This document shows, piece by piece, positions 40,088 to 56,132 of a stretch of 64,000 bases of DNA. The position numbers and the translations under genes were made by a program. This stretch comes from Hormiphora californensis. Its lineage: Eukaryota > Animalia > Ctenophora. The stretch covers positions 2,356,001-2,420,000 of the forward strand of contig CM035352.1 in assembly GCA_020137815.1 (NCBI GenBank). Direction: 5' to 3'. The notes under the pieces were generated by a model. The model ran no database searches and was not told the DNA's origin. It was given only the letters and a program-made list of their open reading frames with translations. Each line of letters starts with the position of its first letter. Position 1 is the stretch's first letter.

Positions 40088-40418
40088 CAGAGTATGTAAC
40101 TTCTGTTCCTCCAGCTCCGCCCGTCTCATCGTGTAACGTCTTGTGGTAATCGCCTGAAACAGTGAAACTTGTGACAACTAGAAATGAAAAATGTAGAAAA
40201 ACAAAACCAGATAAAGTACAAATCGATGTATAAAATGCGCGCGTGTAATGTACATTTGGGCTGAATGATTACTCACACCACGGAAATGTATCCGCGCGTT
40301 ACAACAATGACCTGTCAACCAAAAAGTTTGACCGGCATCTACATATCTGGGTCAGTAGTGGAAGCAAGGTTGGATGGGGACCTAGAGAACTGGTTCCCAC
40401 ACCACCTTATTGCCACTA

Positions 40419-40513
<95 letters not shown>

Positions 40514-42222
40514 GTAACTTACTGCTAGGCATGGCTACGGCAGTGGCAAGTTCCAGCCAGTCATTAACATAACTATCAAAGTTAAGATCGTCACACCACG
40601 ATACCAGTTCTTCCATCTCTTCTTCAGTTAAATCCTTCTCCTGCTGCTTTCCCTCCCGGTACATGGCTGCGATGGTAGAAATAGGGTAGAGATAGGGTAC
40701 AGATAGTAGAGAAATAGGGTAGAAATAGGGTAGAATAGGTATTTGAGGTTCAGAAGAAAGGCTTTTTTTCAAAAACACTTACTTGCCATCCATTGCCGTT
40801 TCTTTTCCCGCCTCTTTGCCTCTATATCTTTCTGTCTACGGAGGCGTGAATAATGAAAGAATTTCCTCTCTGAGCTGGACTCCTGGATTAAGGTATCAGT
40901 GTCGTTGGCTGTGAAGATCCTGTCGGATACGAGTCTCCAACCATTGTTTTCCTCTCTCTGGTACCACCGGGCAAGATCTGGGAAGGAGAGAGGGTGAGAA
41001 TCTTGATGAGAAAATTAATAAAAAAGAGTAGGTTGAACAAATCGTAGTAAACCCTTTGCTAATGATCTCTCACTTCTCAGTTATCTTTGAGGAGTAATGT
41101 CCTTTCCAAGCAAACCCCAACTACTTACTAACTACTTACTCAGTTGGTTTGGTAGTTCTCGCGGTGGTGGGAGAGAGTTTGTTTCAGACATTGAAAAACA
41201 AGGAAAAACAAAGAATTCTTTGTTTTTCCTTGTTTTTCAATGTCTGAAACAAACTCTCTCCCACCACCGCGAGAACTACCAAATCAACTGAATTGTACCG
41301 CGGGCGGAGTTGCCTCAACTACTTACTAACTACTTACTAACTACTTACTAGCTACTTACTAACTACAGTCGGACCCCGATTTACCGGGATGCTCGGGGGA
41401 AAGGATTTTGCCCGGTAAATCGGGGTGCCCGGTATATCGGGGTCAAATCCCATTAATTTCCTATATCGGGGGAAATTTATCCTCCCGGTAAATCGGGGTT
41501 CCGGTAAATCGGGGCCCGGTAAATCGGGGTCCGACTGTACTTACTAACTACGTACCCTCCTTTCCAGGCTGGGTTGGGTAAGTTGTTGTTGCGAATTGTG
41601 GCGTTGGCAATGGCACAATTTGGTACTGTGTAGTCCCGTGGGGCAAAGGCGTTGATATCCGTAACTGGCCGGTAGGTGAAGATTTTGTAGTAAATATTGG
41701 GAGGAAACTTCTCCTGAAACACGTGTGGAGCTGTGTTAAACAAATTTCAAATGAATAATAAATGTGCGAGAAATCAGGAAACGATCAAGGGCTCGACTTC
41801 TATTGAAAAGCACGATGATATCACAAATGTCTAAAACAGTTTAACCTACCCCAGCAAGTCGGAAACGGATGTGAATTCCAGAAGCGAAATCAAGAAGGTC
41901 TCCCTCCTTGGGATTAATACATTTGAGCATTAGTTTGGGATTTCCCTTGGAGTAAAACTTGATCAAGTCGCGGTAGTAATGATACACTTGAACGTCCTGG
42001 AAACAGGATTAAGTTGGTCAGTAAAGTTAGTTAACTAATTAGTTGATTAGATTACCAGTAAGTTTTAAAAAGATCATTCTGCAATTGGTTTCAAAAGCGA
42101 CATTAGGGTAGTAAAGGCTGAAGAAATGAACCTACTATATGCCGCCTCCACGCTCTCTGAATGATGCTAGCAGCCCGATTTCTTGTCATACCAGTCCCAG
42201 TCGATGACTGTTCTGTCTCCAT
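40083..42222 (-). CDS. MFI: MFI / C11orf65 homolog, 6 exons
   Basis: METEQ...AASIIQRAWRRHI, MLKCINPKEGDLLD..SGIHIRFRLAG, FPPNIYYKIFTYRP, WYQREENNGWRLVS, ELVSWCDDLNFDSYVNDWLELAT; GT-AG borders. Confidence 0.8.
40420..40513. repeat. (AGAC)n microsatellite
   Basis: Directly visible. Confidence 0.95.
41140..41291. repeat. 152-bp near-perfect spacerless palindrome centred on GAATTC, flanked by (CTACTTACTAA)n
   Basis: TCAGTTGGTTTGGTAGTTCTCGCGG...CCGCGAGAACTACCAAATCAACTGA. Confidence 0.9.
41366..41537. mobile_element. Tc1/mariner (pogo-like) MITE family B
   Basis: TA|CAGTCGGACCCCGATTTACCGGG ... CCCGGTAAATCGGGGTCCGACTG|TA, with internal CCGGTAAATCGGGG repeats. Confidence 0.9.
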
Positions 42223-42653
42223 CGTGTATAAACGCTGGGAATATGATATATGAACATTGAACAATATCAACAATATCAACTAAACATAACGTCACTATAA
42301 CATAGCTCCCTAAATTTAAAATCTCTTCATTTGCAACTTGCTTACATTTCTTCCAGCTCGTTTTTTGTACCACCAATGTTCAATGTACCGTGCACAAAAC
42401 TCCTCAAAGCTACAAACAGGGAAGATATGAGACGATCATAGCAACAACAAATGGTATAATCAACGAAAAAAATAAGCAAACATAATTTAACTAGGATGTA
42501 AAACAATTATATTACAGGCTACTGCTGCAGCAGCTGTATTACTGTTGCCAGGGGAGATGGGAATCTGATATAGGACGTTGCTAGGGGTAACGTTGTAATT
42601 TGATATGCGGATGATATGGTGACATAATTCTACCAAAACTGAATATTTAGGTG

Positions 42654-42695
42654 GTTTCAAACTTTTCAACACTACTTTAAACAAATTAATTTGAG
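42654..42695 (+). other. Spliced-leader (SL) exon sequence, ctenophore type
   Basis: GTTTCAAACTTTTCAACACTACTTTAAACAAATTAATTTGAG matches the Pleurobrachia/Hormiphora trans-spliced leader as I recall it. It ends in the TTTGAG typical of SL exons. Needs database confirmation. Confidence 0.8.
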
Positions 42696-42909
42696 GTTTC
42701 GTTTTTCCCAATTCGCTAAGTTCTTTGGTATTTATTCGGCTCTTTATACTTTTTTGTTTTGTCTTTTCTGGGTTTATCAGAGACTGGTAACAGTTTCTGT
42801 GTGAGAAAGACAAGGCCAAAGACAAGAGAAGACCGGATCTTACCCGGAGGATTGACACTCGTTGTCGTTAGGCGAGGCCTTGAATTTATCCTGCAGATCG
42901 TAGCTAGTG

Positions 42910-44124
42910 ATGACATTGAAGGCAATCCCGCTAAAGTTATGGACGAGGAAAGAGTTGGACACGTTTATGAAAGATAATCTACCTGTGGATATGGACCCAA
43001 TCTTGCAAGGTAAAAAAGCTCCCCCAGCGGGTATCACTAAAGATATTCTATGGAATTTTGCTATTAACCTATTGAGAATGGTGGACAAGCAGCAGGATGA
43101 CCGTGTGAAGACCAAGTCAGAAGAAGGAACAGTAGTGGGACAGGATAGGTCTGAACAGGTTCTCAAGGAGCTTGAGGCGATGCGGGAGTGTTTTGCAAAC
43201 ATACCAGACATGATACAGAAGGCGATAAACGGCAAGGAGAAGACTGATGATGCTGGAAAGTTGCTCAACCCCAGCCCTAAGAAGACACCACAGAAGCACA
43301 CCCTCAAACTTGAGAAAGTTGGACTGGAAAAGTGGAAAGTTGTAAAGGCGAAGGTACGAAAGACTCTGCAGTCAATCCCAGTTGATGGAACCAGCTCGAA
43401 TGAAGAGGACACCAATCTAGTTTTCAAGGACAAGTCTCAACGAGACAAAGCTGAGGAACTGCTGAAATCTGAATTTGATACGTCAACAGCCACTCTGACC
43501 ACCAAGAAGCTTAATCCCAAAGTCACAATCTCAGACATTGCTGGAGAAATTACCACTGCTGAGGAAGTATACAGTGAAATACTGAGGAAGAATGAGGAAA
43601 TCAAAGAGCAGGTTGAAAGTCACCAAGAGGAACTGAAAGTCATCTTTCTTCATAAGGAGGATCGATATGCAGTTGTCCAGATGTCAAAAAAGATACGGGA
43701 GATTGTTCGCAAAAGGAATAACCGAATTAACCTTGATTTTCAAATCCACATTGTGAAGGATCGATTCCATATCGTTCAATGTTTCAAGTGTCAACGCTAT
43801 GGTCACAAGTCAGACTCAGTGATGTGCCCCAGGAGAGACAGCGGTGATCCAGTTTGTACCTACTGTGCTGGAAATCATCGGTACAAGGATTGTCAAGTGA
43901 AGAAAGATAGAAAAGTTGACTCCAGATGCTGTGCAAACTGCAAGAGTAGCCGAAGCAAGATCGATCAGCTCAATGCAACCACCCACACAGCGAACAGTTT
44001 CCAGTGTCCCTTCTTTATCATGGAGAAGGAGAGATTGATGAGTAGAACAGCCGGAGCTGAGATGTTAAAAAACGAGTACAGTCGGAAGGCACGAGACTTC
44101 TTGGAAAGAAGGAGAACTCACTAA
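42910..44124 (+). CDS. LINE ORF1, gag-like nucleic-acid-binding protein
   Basis: Intact 404-aa ORF with QCFKCQRYGH..C, CTYCAGNH...C and CANC...H....C zinc knuckles. Confidence 0.9.
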   Translation: MTLKAIPLKLWTRKELDTFMKDNLPVDMDPILQGKKAPPAGITKDILWNFAINLLRMVDKQQDDRVKTKSEEGTVVGQDRSEQVLKELEAMRECFANIPDMIQKAINGKEKTDDAGKLLNPSPKKTPQKHTLKLEKVGLEKWKVVKAKVRKTLQSIPVDGTSSNEEDTNLVFKDKSQRDKAEELLKSEFDTSTATLTTKKLNPKVTISDIAGEITTAEEVYSEILRKNEEIKEQVESHQEELKVIFLHKEDRYAVVQMSKKIREIVRKRNNRINLDFQIHIVKDRFHIVQCFKCQRYGHKSDSVMCPRRDSGDPVCTYCAGNHRYKDCQVKKDRKVDSRCCANCKSSRSKIDQLNATTHTANSFQCPFFIMEKERLMSRTAGAEMLKNEYSRKARDFLERRRTH

Positions 44125-47100
44125 GAGTTGGAACATTGAACTGCAACTCCCTTGTCAATAAGACTGCTGGTGTACTGGAACACCTTGAGGACCAGCTTGT
44201 TGATATTTGTCTTCTTCAAGAGACCTACCTGAGGAAAGGTGACAATGCTAAGCATCATGAGATAAAGGAAAGAGGATGGGAAATACACTCGGCACCGAGG
44301 AAGCAGAGGATTGGTGGTGGAGTAGCAGTGGTATACAGAGCGGACCTGGGTGTTAAATCTGGACCTACCAAGTGTTTCAAGACCTTTGAGTGTACAGAGA
44401 CTACTGTTGGAAATGCTAGTGAGATGTACCGGCTAGTAAACATCTATAGGCCACCGTACTCGAAGAAGGCACCTCATACCCAGAGCCACTTCCTGATGAA
44501 TTCAAGGGATATCTTGAGGAACTAAACTGTAAAGGTCGGGACAACCATTAATCATGGGAGACTTCAACTTTCACATGGAAAGGCCTGATGAATTTTATCC
44601 AAAAAAAACTACAGGAGATGATCGAGGAGTTTGACTTCAAACAGATGGTTCCATTGGTTTTCAACCCACAGACATGGAAGGTACTCTGGACCTAGCCCTG
44701 ATGGATGCTACTGTAGCAGATTGTCTTGAACCAGTTAGGGTCTTAGAGGAGGGAACTACTACTTCAGACCACCATCTTATTACAGTGGACCTACAACTGA
44801 CTACGAGGATTAGTAAGAGGAAACGGCCGGAGACTATTTGGTATCGGGGACTTTTCGAAGGTGGATGTGGAGAGTTTTAATGAGGATCTCAAAGCCAGTG
44901 GACTGTTTACCTCACTTGCTGAGGAAGAGGATGTTAATAGCCTTGTTGAGAAGTTATATGGAACGTTGCTAGCCCTGGTTGATAAGCACTGTCCAATGAA
45001 GAAGAGAAGGAAGAAAGAGAAGTATACACCATGGATGGATGAAGAGCTGCTAACCCTCCGGAGGAAGAAGCGGCGTGCTGAGAGGAAGTGGAGAAAGGAC
45101 AAGACTAAAGAGAAGCCGCAGCTAAGGGCCATGTATGTGGAACTAAGGTCAGCTTTCAACAAGATGGAGGTCAGAAAACGATCAGAATACACCAGAAGAA
45201 ATATTGAACTCTGTGGACGCGATCAAAAGAGGCTCAACCAACAACTGAGCAAGCTACTGGGTAACTCCAATGTTATCCTCCCAGATGTGGTCAACCCGGA
45301 GAAACTAGCGACTGAGTTTGGAGAGTTTTTCAAGTCCAAGATTGATAAACTACAGAAGAAGATTGGTGTCAAGATTGAAGAGTTGGGTGAAAAGAAATCA
45401 ACTGAGTCCGGTGCTATTGAAGGAGAGACAGAAAGATTTGAGACGTTCAGTCTTATGACTGAAGATGAAGTGGCAAGCCTTGTAAAGAGCCTGCCGGATA
45501 AGTTCTGTGACTTGGACCCAATCCCGACCTCTCTGCTGAAGCAACTTCTCCCTACACTACTACCAATGCTTACCAAGATCGTAAACACTTCTCTGCAGAG
45601 TGGTGTATTCCCGTCAGGACTGAAAGAGGCTATTGTGAGGCCCACGATCAAGATACATCTGGAGATGTTGACTCTCTTGCGAACTACAGACCAGTCTCGA
45701 ATCTCAGTGTTCTGTCCAAGCTAGCGGAGAAAGCTGTCAATGTACAGCTAAAATGAGCATTTGGAGAAAAACGACCTGCGAGGTGACTGCCAATCTGGTT
45801 TTCGCCCCAACCACCAGCTGTGAGACACACATGGTGCGAGTTGTTGATGATGTCCCTTGGGGAAATGGACAGAGGAAATGTGGTGGCAGTCGTTCAAATT
45901 GATCTTTCGGCTGCATTTGATACCATCGATCACCCTCAGCTATTGATGAGACTGGAGAAGCGTTTGGAATTAGATCAACGGTACTCGAATGGTTCACTAG
46001 TTATCTCAATGACAGGAGCTATAAAGTTAAAATTGGAGATGCCCTCTCACCTAGGCTCTTTCTCAAATATGGAGTACCCCAAGGCTCTCTCCTTGGTCCT
46101 GTCCTCTTTGCCCTATATGTGGAACCACTAGAACCTATTGTAAAGAAGTATGGACTCACAATACGACTTTATGCAGACGATAGCACAATATACATCGGAT
46201 TCTGCCCGGTGGAAGGCTGGACAGGTTCAAAGGAGATTATTGAGAAATGTTTGGAGGAGGTAAGAACGTGGATGATTGAAAACAGACTGATGGTTAATGA
46301 GGATAAAACTGAGTTTCTTATCCTGGGAAAGAAGAAGAAGATGGATACTGTACGTGAGGAGAGTGACCTGACACTTGAGCTAAATGGGACATCATTTCCC
46401 CCATGGACATGGCTGGAAAATCGGGAAAGACCCTTGGTATCTATCTTGATGAACAAATGGATATGAAAACGTCAAATCTCCATGGTCAAGAGGAATGCGG
46501 AGTTACAATGAGGAACCTCTGGCAGATCCGCCGATTCATTGATAAACCTCTACGTCTGATGCTTGCCTCCCAGCTGGTCATATCCAAGTGGACTATTGCG
46601 AATGCCCTGTATTTCAACCTGCCGGCCTCTACCATCAAGCCGCTGAAAAGGACTAATGAATCAAGTAATAAGATACATCCATGGAGTCAGAGAGAGGAAA
46701 GTTGATCTGGACCCCTTCTAACCGTGATTCCCATATCCTTACGATTGAGAAGAGGGATTTTCTTCAAATCTGTTTACTAGGGTACAAGATCTATTATGGA
46801 AGTGCCCCTCAGTACCTTCAGGATCTAGTGGAACATGATGAAAATACAGCAGTGCAAAAGTCTACTCGTCAGAGCTGTAAAGTAGAACCATTACAAGTTA
46901 AAGCTACCTTCTGGAAATGTGAAAGTGAGCAAACTGGGAAAAAGGAGAATATCCCAATATCTCCCCCATGTCTGGAACAACCTACCGGAGAACCTTAGAG
47001 ACGCACCTTCAGAGGACTCCTTCCGTATTCGCCTGAAGACCTACCTGTTCGATGCTACTGTTACCTTCTCTGAAAGACCTTATTTGGTTTTTCGACGTCA

Positions 47101-47185
47101 GTCGTTAATAATTTCTTTTCGGTTATTCATTAGTCCCCGTTTCTCACAACGGTCACCCCTGCTGCTGTCACATATTTCTTTATAA
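44061..47185 (+). pseudogene. LINE ORF2 (AP endonuclease plus reverse transcriptase), multiply frameshifted
   Basis: LNCNSL, LQET, GGGVAV, IYRPP, GDFN, TLDL, SDH (APE); DPIP, NYRPVS, DLSAAFDTIDH, GVPQGSLLGP, YADD, KTEF, LKTYLF (RT and C-terminus), spread over several frames. Confidence 0.9.
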
Positions 47186-47554
47186 TCTAAGATACTTTTC
47201 AGTTTATCATTTTGTTATTATTTTTTCTGATTATAACTTGTCACCCACAGTCACCAAGTGGTGAGAGTTAATAAAGTCTACTATATATGTCAGTTATAAG
47301 TCACCATATGAGTTACCATTTAAGACCTTTTGTCAACCAATATGTCAAGATAGGATGAGAGAACCGCTATGAATGGCAACTGCTCTTCGAACCAATCGAG
47401 AGTACTTGTCTATTTAGCCGGTATATAAATCCATTTTGTTGTTGTTGTTGTTGTTGGTTCACAACATGATAAATTTCACTGAATATGACAATGTACACGA
47501 AACAACGACTAAAAGATGTAGGTGTGAGAGTTTTAGCGTGCAATCTGTACACAC

Positions 47555-47591
<37 letters not shown>

Positions 47592-47699
47592 TGAAAAGGA
47601 GGAAGAGGTGGGATTGGAGCGAGCATATATGTAGATGCGATCGAGAATATATAGTATAAAACGACTGATCTCTAAATCGCTTCTCTCTTCTCTCTGCTT

Positions 47700-49090
47700 T
47701 CGCTTTTTACTGCTCCTCGCTTTTTTTGTTCTTTCCTCCTTTGTTTTTTTTTTTTTATTTCTTTCGTTTTTTCTTGAAGTGTGATACTTGCTTTTTCAGC
47801 CTCGTCTAACTCTACTTATGTAGACGGCCCTGGAATGAGCTAGATACTGTGAAGAGGGCTGGAAATACAACCAGCATTGAAGGGGGAGAATTTTTTCCAG
47901 ATCTCCAATATGCAAATTTTATACCAGGAACCGACCGAATCAATATACTGGTCCCTGATAACTGATTGGCTGATAACCAGTCACGTGACATAAATAACAA
48001 GTTTTGATTGGTTGTATACTTGTTTCGGTCGGTTCCTGTTATATACATGTAGGTAAACTGATAATACCTGATATTGTTTTCATCAGGTTCAGGGAGAAGG
48101 AGACGTTCTATCATGGAGAGCTTTCTGACCACCAGACAAGTTGCGAACTTGTCAACCTCTTCCGGAGATTTTGCCTTACCTGAAATATATAACGACATTA
48201 AATTATGGGAGATCAATGGTGCCAGCTGCCCAAGAAGAATGATTCAATTGCTGTTTCATAGTTATACCCATGTAGTGAGAGAGGTGAGGTGAATTAGCGA
48301 ATGATCGTTCTGTACAAGAAAAGCTGATTGGTGAACCTTGTTCAACGTAGTCCGTGTGTTTTCGCTCTAATCGTAACCTTGCCGGTGACTGCACGTGTGG
48401 AATTTTGAGTGGTTGAATTTTTGGTGAAATAATTGTGGATTACAGATGTGATAAGCTGTCGTGGTCCCGTTTAGTTTTGTAAGTTGTGTCTAACAGCGCC
48501 GCTTCTAGTCACATTACCGTAATGGAAATACAGTAATGAGACGCACGCTTTGCATAACACGCGGCAAAAAGTGCATGTGTTCAGCACGTACTAGCGCCCT
48601 GATTGGCCACGGTTGCGCGTCTTCATACTGTATTTCCGTTTTCCATTACCGTTTTCCCACTACAAGCGACCGGGTAAAGGGTAGTACAGAAAAACTTATC
48701 ATGCAGGAAGGTTAACTTACTATTGGTCGGTTTTCCTCTGCCTCCAACTTGGCCATCATTTCCTTTAATCTCTCGAATAGTTTCCTCCTGAAAGGAAACG
48801 ATGCTAATATAACAATACTAGAGTAGTTTCACCGGTCGCCTACTAAAATTACTCACAACTCACAAAGATCGAGCTTGTATACCTTGATCTGTAACCTCTA
48901 TATACACGTTGAATCTCAACAGCGGCAGCTCTTCTCTGCAGACCATCACTACTTGAACTCGATAAAATCTCGCGTCTTTCCTTTTTCGACTGAACTGCAA
49001 AATGAGTTGCCACGAGAATAAGAAGGAAGGCTCAAACAGACATTACATACCTGGAAACTGGATCTTGGCCAGTAGATCGGCAATGGACAT
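47700..49090 (-). CDS. Small multi-exon IQ-motif protein (3' end uncertain)
   Basis: Phase-compatible exons MSIADLLAKIQFP|VQSKKER...AAAVEIQRVYRGYRSR|RKLFERLKEMMAKLEAEENRPI; further exon near 48179-48067. Confidence 0.55.
47925..48038. mobile_element. MITE family A, complete copy (hAT-like)
   Basis: TIR CAGGAACCGACCGAA / TTCGGTCGGTTCCTG. Flanks TTTTATAC / TTATATAC match at 7 of 8, consistent with an 8-bp TSD. Confidence 0.85.
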
Positions 49091-49144
49091 GGTGTGCTAA
49101 TGGGGATCATGTTTAAACTGTAAATAACCACATTAATAAGCTTG

Positions 49145-49267
49145 CTGTCACTCCTTTGCTTTGCATCGAAATAAAAAATGACCCTCAAGTTTTCGAAATA
49201 TCTTTTCAAGATCTGCATAAAAATTGAGGGTCATTTTTTGATTCGATGCAAAGCAAAGGAGTGACAG
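49145..49267. repeat. About 120-bp hairpin element just upstream of the IQ gene
   Basis: CTGTCACTCCTTTGCTTTGCATCGAA...TTCGATGCAAAGCAAAGGAGTGACAG. Confidence 0.8.
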
Positions 49268-49533
49268 TAACCTAAATAGCCAAAACAAGTTTCTAATACG
49301 TTTCCGACACGCAAATAAAAACTGGTGTGCCACCCAGGGGGTGACAACTTCAAAAAATCCGACTTTAGGTCTTGTTTGACATGTTCCCATGTCGGCTCTC
49401 ACACCGGCCGGAAGCATGGCAAGGTCTTGTCAGACGATGTAGTGTGGGATAATGCAATAGCTCGCGAGCTCGGAACAGGAAACCGAAACCAAGTGAGGGA
49501 GCTGGCGTGTCCCTGAGCATCCTTGTTGACCAG

Positions 49534-50364
49534 CGTTAAAATCTGGGTGTTTCGTGAGTGCTGATAAACGGTTTTTAGGGTTAGGGCTAAAGTAGGGTTA
49601 GTGTTATGGTTGGGGTTTGGGTTGGGGTTAGGCCTATGGTGACATTTCCTACCAGATAAACTTTGAATTAGACAAAACTGTTGATTGGTTCGGCGGTTAG
49701 AGCCATTTTAGTGAATCAACTTTTTTGGCAGCTGCATGCACCTGTAAACAGGCCACGAAACACCCAGATCGTAACGGCGCCCATCTTTGTTGAGTATTGT
49801 TGAGTAAGGGGTGGGACAGAGTTGTCAGAGTTGAGTAAAGGGTAACAAGTGCATCCAGGGACAGGGCAGTAGCCCCGGTCATGGGCTGTATGGCGGCGCT
49901 ATACCCAAATTTAATTCTCAGATGGGGTCGCGGGCTGTCAGGCCAATGCTCTGACAGGTCGCGGGCCAGACAGGTCATGGGGGGGGCGTGAAACCCCATA
50001 CACAGGACTTTAGCCCCGGCTGGGTGTTATAGCGGACAGGCTCTGCAGAGCCCCCACGGTGAGCTCTGCCGAAAGTCGGAACCTCAAATCCGGAAAGGAA
50101 AACGTTAAAATCTGGGTGCCTTTCATTGCTAACAATTCGTAGTTTTAGCGCGCGCGACGGGTTAGGGCTATCCGTTAGGGTCTGGTTAGGGTTTGGTTTG
50201 GGGTTATCGGTTAGGGCTATCGATTCTCTATCAGTTACCGTTTAGTTTACTCAAATTGGCCATGTGGTTGCGTGGCTATAGCCGTTTGAAAAAAGTCGGT
50301 CTAAGTGTACTCTTTTGGTAGCGCGCACCTGTAAACACGCTGCAAGGCACCCAGATTATAATCG
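49534..50364. mobile_element. Two related elements of about 250 bp (49534-49776, 50103-50364) with inverted ends and internal TTAGGG-like tracts
   Basis: Both begin CGTTAAAATCTGGGTG, end CACCCAGAT, and share CACCTGTAAACA and a degenerate GGTTAGGG array. Confidence 0.7.
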
Positions 50365-51133
50365 CGCCCTTTGGCTCATTGCGCGTGTATTTACAAAGTT
50401 AAGGGGAAATCCTGAATTTCCAGGAATCTCAGGTCAAGTCGTTGGCATGCGCTGCAGACCCCAAGTGCGCGCGTTTTCCACGGCTTCTAGGGCTTCTAGG
50501 GCCTGTAGCATAGGCCAAGTCAAGTCGTTTGAAACGCACTTTAATAAAATATTTCTGAATCTAATTTTAAAAACTTGAGTGCGTTTTTTTTAAATTTTTC
50601 TTTTTTCTGTTCATAAAATTAAAAGTGTTGCGTTTTCCTGCTCTGGTATCATATGCTGTATGCATATCACATATGCCAATTAAAAAAGCATGAGCAACCT
50701 CGGAAATTCTTATGTATGGAAAGGGAGAATTATCCGGGTGGGATCCAGCTAACCCTTCGGCAAACACCCAGCGCCGTCCGGTCCCTAGGCTAACATTGCC
50801 CATGCAGCAAGGATGGACGTGGTAGCAGTAGGCCTTTCGCGGAAAATGCAGCTCGCCCACATTAAGATGTGTATTTTTCGAATTCTAATCCTGATAGACT
50901 TTCCTGCATTCGCCCAGTCAGGGAAAGAATTTGTTGTTTTAGAAGGCTTGTTAGTGCCTAGTGGTGGGGGCATTGCTTAGATCGAAACCGTTTCGATCAG
51001 TCGACGAAACGGCGTTCTCCCTAACAATGCATAGGTCCAAAAGCGGGATATAAATTATAATTGTATTTGTATTTGTTTTTTACTTTGCATTTCGTTATAA
51101 TATTAACTGAATATTTTCTCTAGAGTCTAGGCT

Positions 51134-51736
51134 ATGCCAGAGTACCGCTATGCCCTATCTATCACAGCCACGCTTGACAGACTGGACTACAACATCTCCC
51201 AAAAAGTTGCAATACTCAGACAGATGGATAGAAACACCAGATCATTTCGTGTCCTAAACACACTAACTCGTATATTTGAGATTATTGGTAGTGCAGCAAC
51301 TACAATTCCAGCAACTCTTATACTGACTATTTGGTATGGTGGAGTGCACCCCAGTATTGCTAGCGTCTTTCTAAACGCGACGATACTGCAACTTCTTAAC
51401 ACCTGTGTTACTGCGTGTATCAAGGGTGTGGTGAAAAGGGAACGGCCAGGTTACTCCCAGAATGGTGATATGTATTTAACAAGATGGGTTGATATGTATT
51501 CCTTCCCTTCCGGTCATGCTGTACAAATGTTAACATTAGCACGGTTTTGTCTTCTCTACATAGCGGATCCGGTCCTGAAATGGGGCCTCACAACCTTGTT
51601 CGGAGTTATCACATTTCTCAGAGTGTTTACAGGTCGGCATTTTCTGGGGGATGTTATAGGAGGTTCGCTTCTTGGGTGGTACATGGTCAGTTTGTACACG
51701 ACATTCTTTTGGGTGGATTCTACACAATTCTTCTAA
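51134..51736 (+). CDS. PAP2-family lipid phosphatase (PLPP6/7-like), intronless
   Basis: KGVVKRERP, SFPSGHA and RVFTGRHFLGDVIGG catalytic motifs; hydrophobic helices. Confidence 0.9.
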   Translation: MPEYRYALSITATLDRLDYNISQKVAILRQMDRNTRSFRVLNTLTRIFEIIGSAATTIPATLILTIWYGGVHPSIASVFLNATILQLLNTCVTACIKGVVKRERPGYSQNGDMYLTRWVDMYSFPSGHAVQMLTLARFCLLYIADPVLKWGLTTLFGVITFLRVFTGRHFLGDVIGGSLLGWYMVSLYTTFFWVDSTQFF

Positions 51737-51967
51737 TATATCTGATGTTCCATTTAATCTGATTTAAGGACATAAGTATTTGCTGCGAGGGTTCGGTAGA
51801 TCAAAGTATTTGTACAGAGTTTGTTATTGTTGTGTTGTATAGATCTTGAATAATGAATATGTATCTCTTAGTGTGCTATGTGTTTTAGTAATATGGTATT
51901 TCTCAATCTATCCAAGAGTATTTCTTTTCCCGACAAATCTCCCTCCAATATAATAACCCTCCCCTGA

Positions 51968-56132
<4,165 letters not shown>

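Larger units (their letters stand above)
42654..47290 (+). mobile_element. Full-length non-LTR retrotransposon (APE-RT, L2/CR1-group-like)
   Basis: 5' UTR, ORF1 with CCHC knuckles, APE and RT motifs, and a 3' UTR with a TCACC-AAGT-GGTGA stem-loop and AATAAA at about 47270. No clear TSD found. Confidence 0.9.

Noticed and set aside
42840-45651. Antisense ORFs over the LINE (197, 133 and 142 aa) and similar ones over 36110-37075
   Set aside because: Shadow frames of purine-rich coding strands.
42614-47310. 10-bp inverted match ATATGGTGAC / GTCACCATAT flanking the LINE
   Set aside because: Too short, and LINEs make direct TSDs; at most a remnant of an interrupted hairpin.
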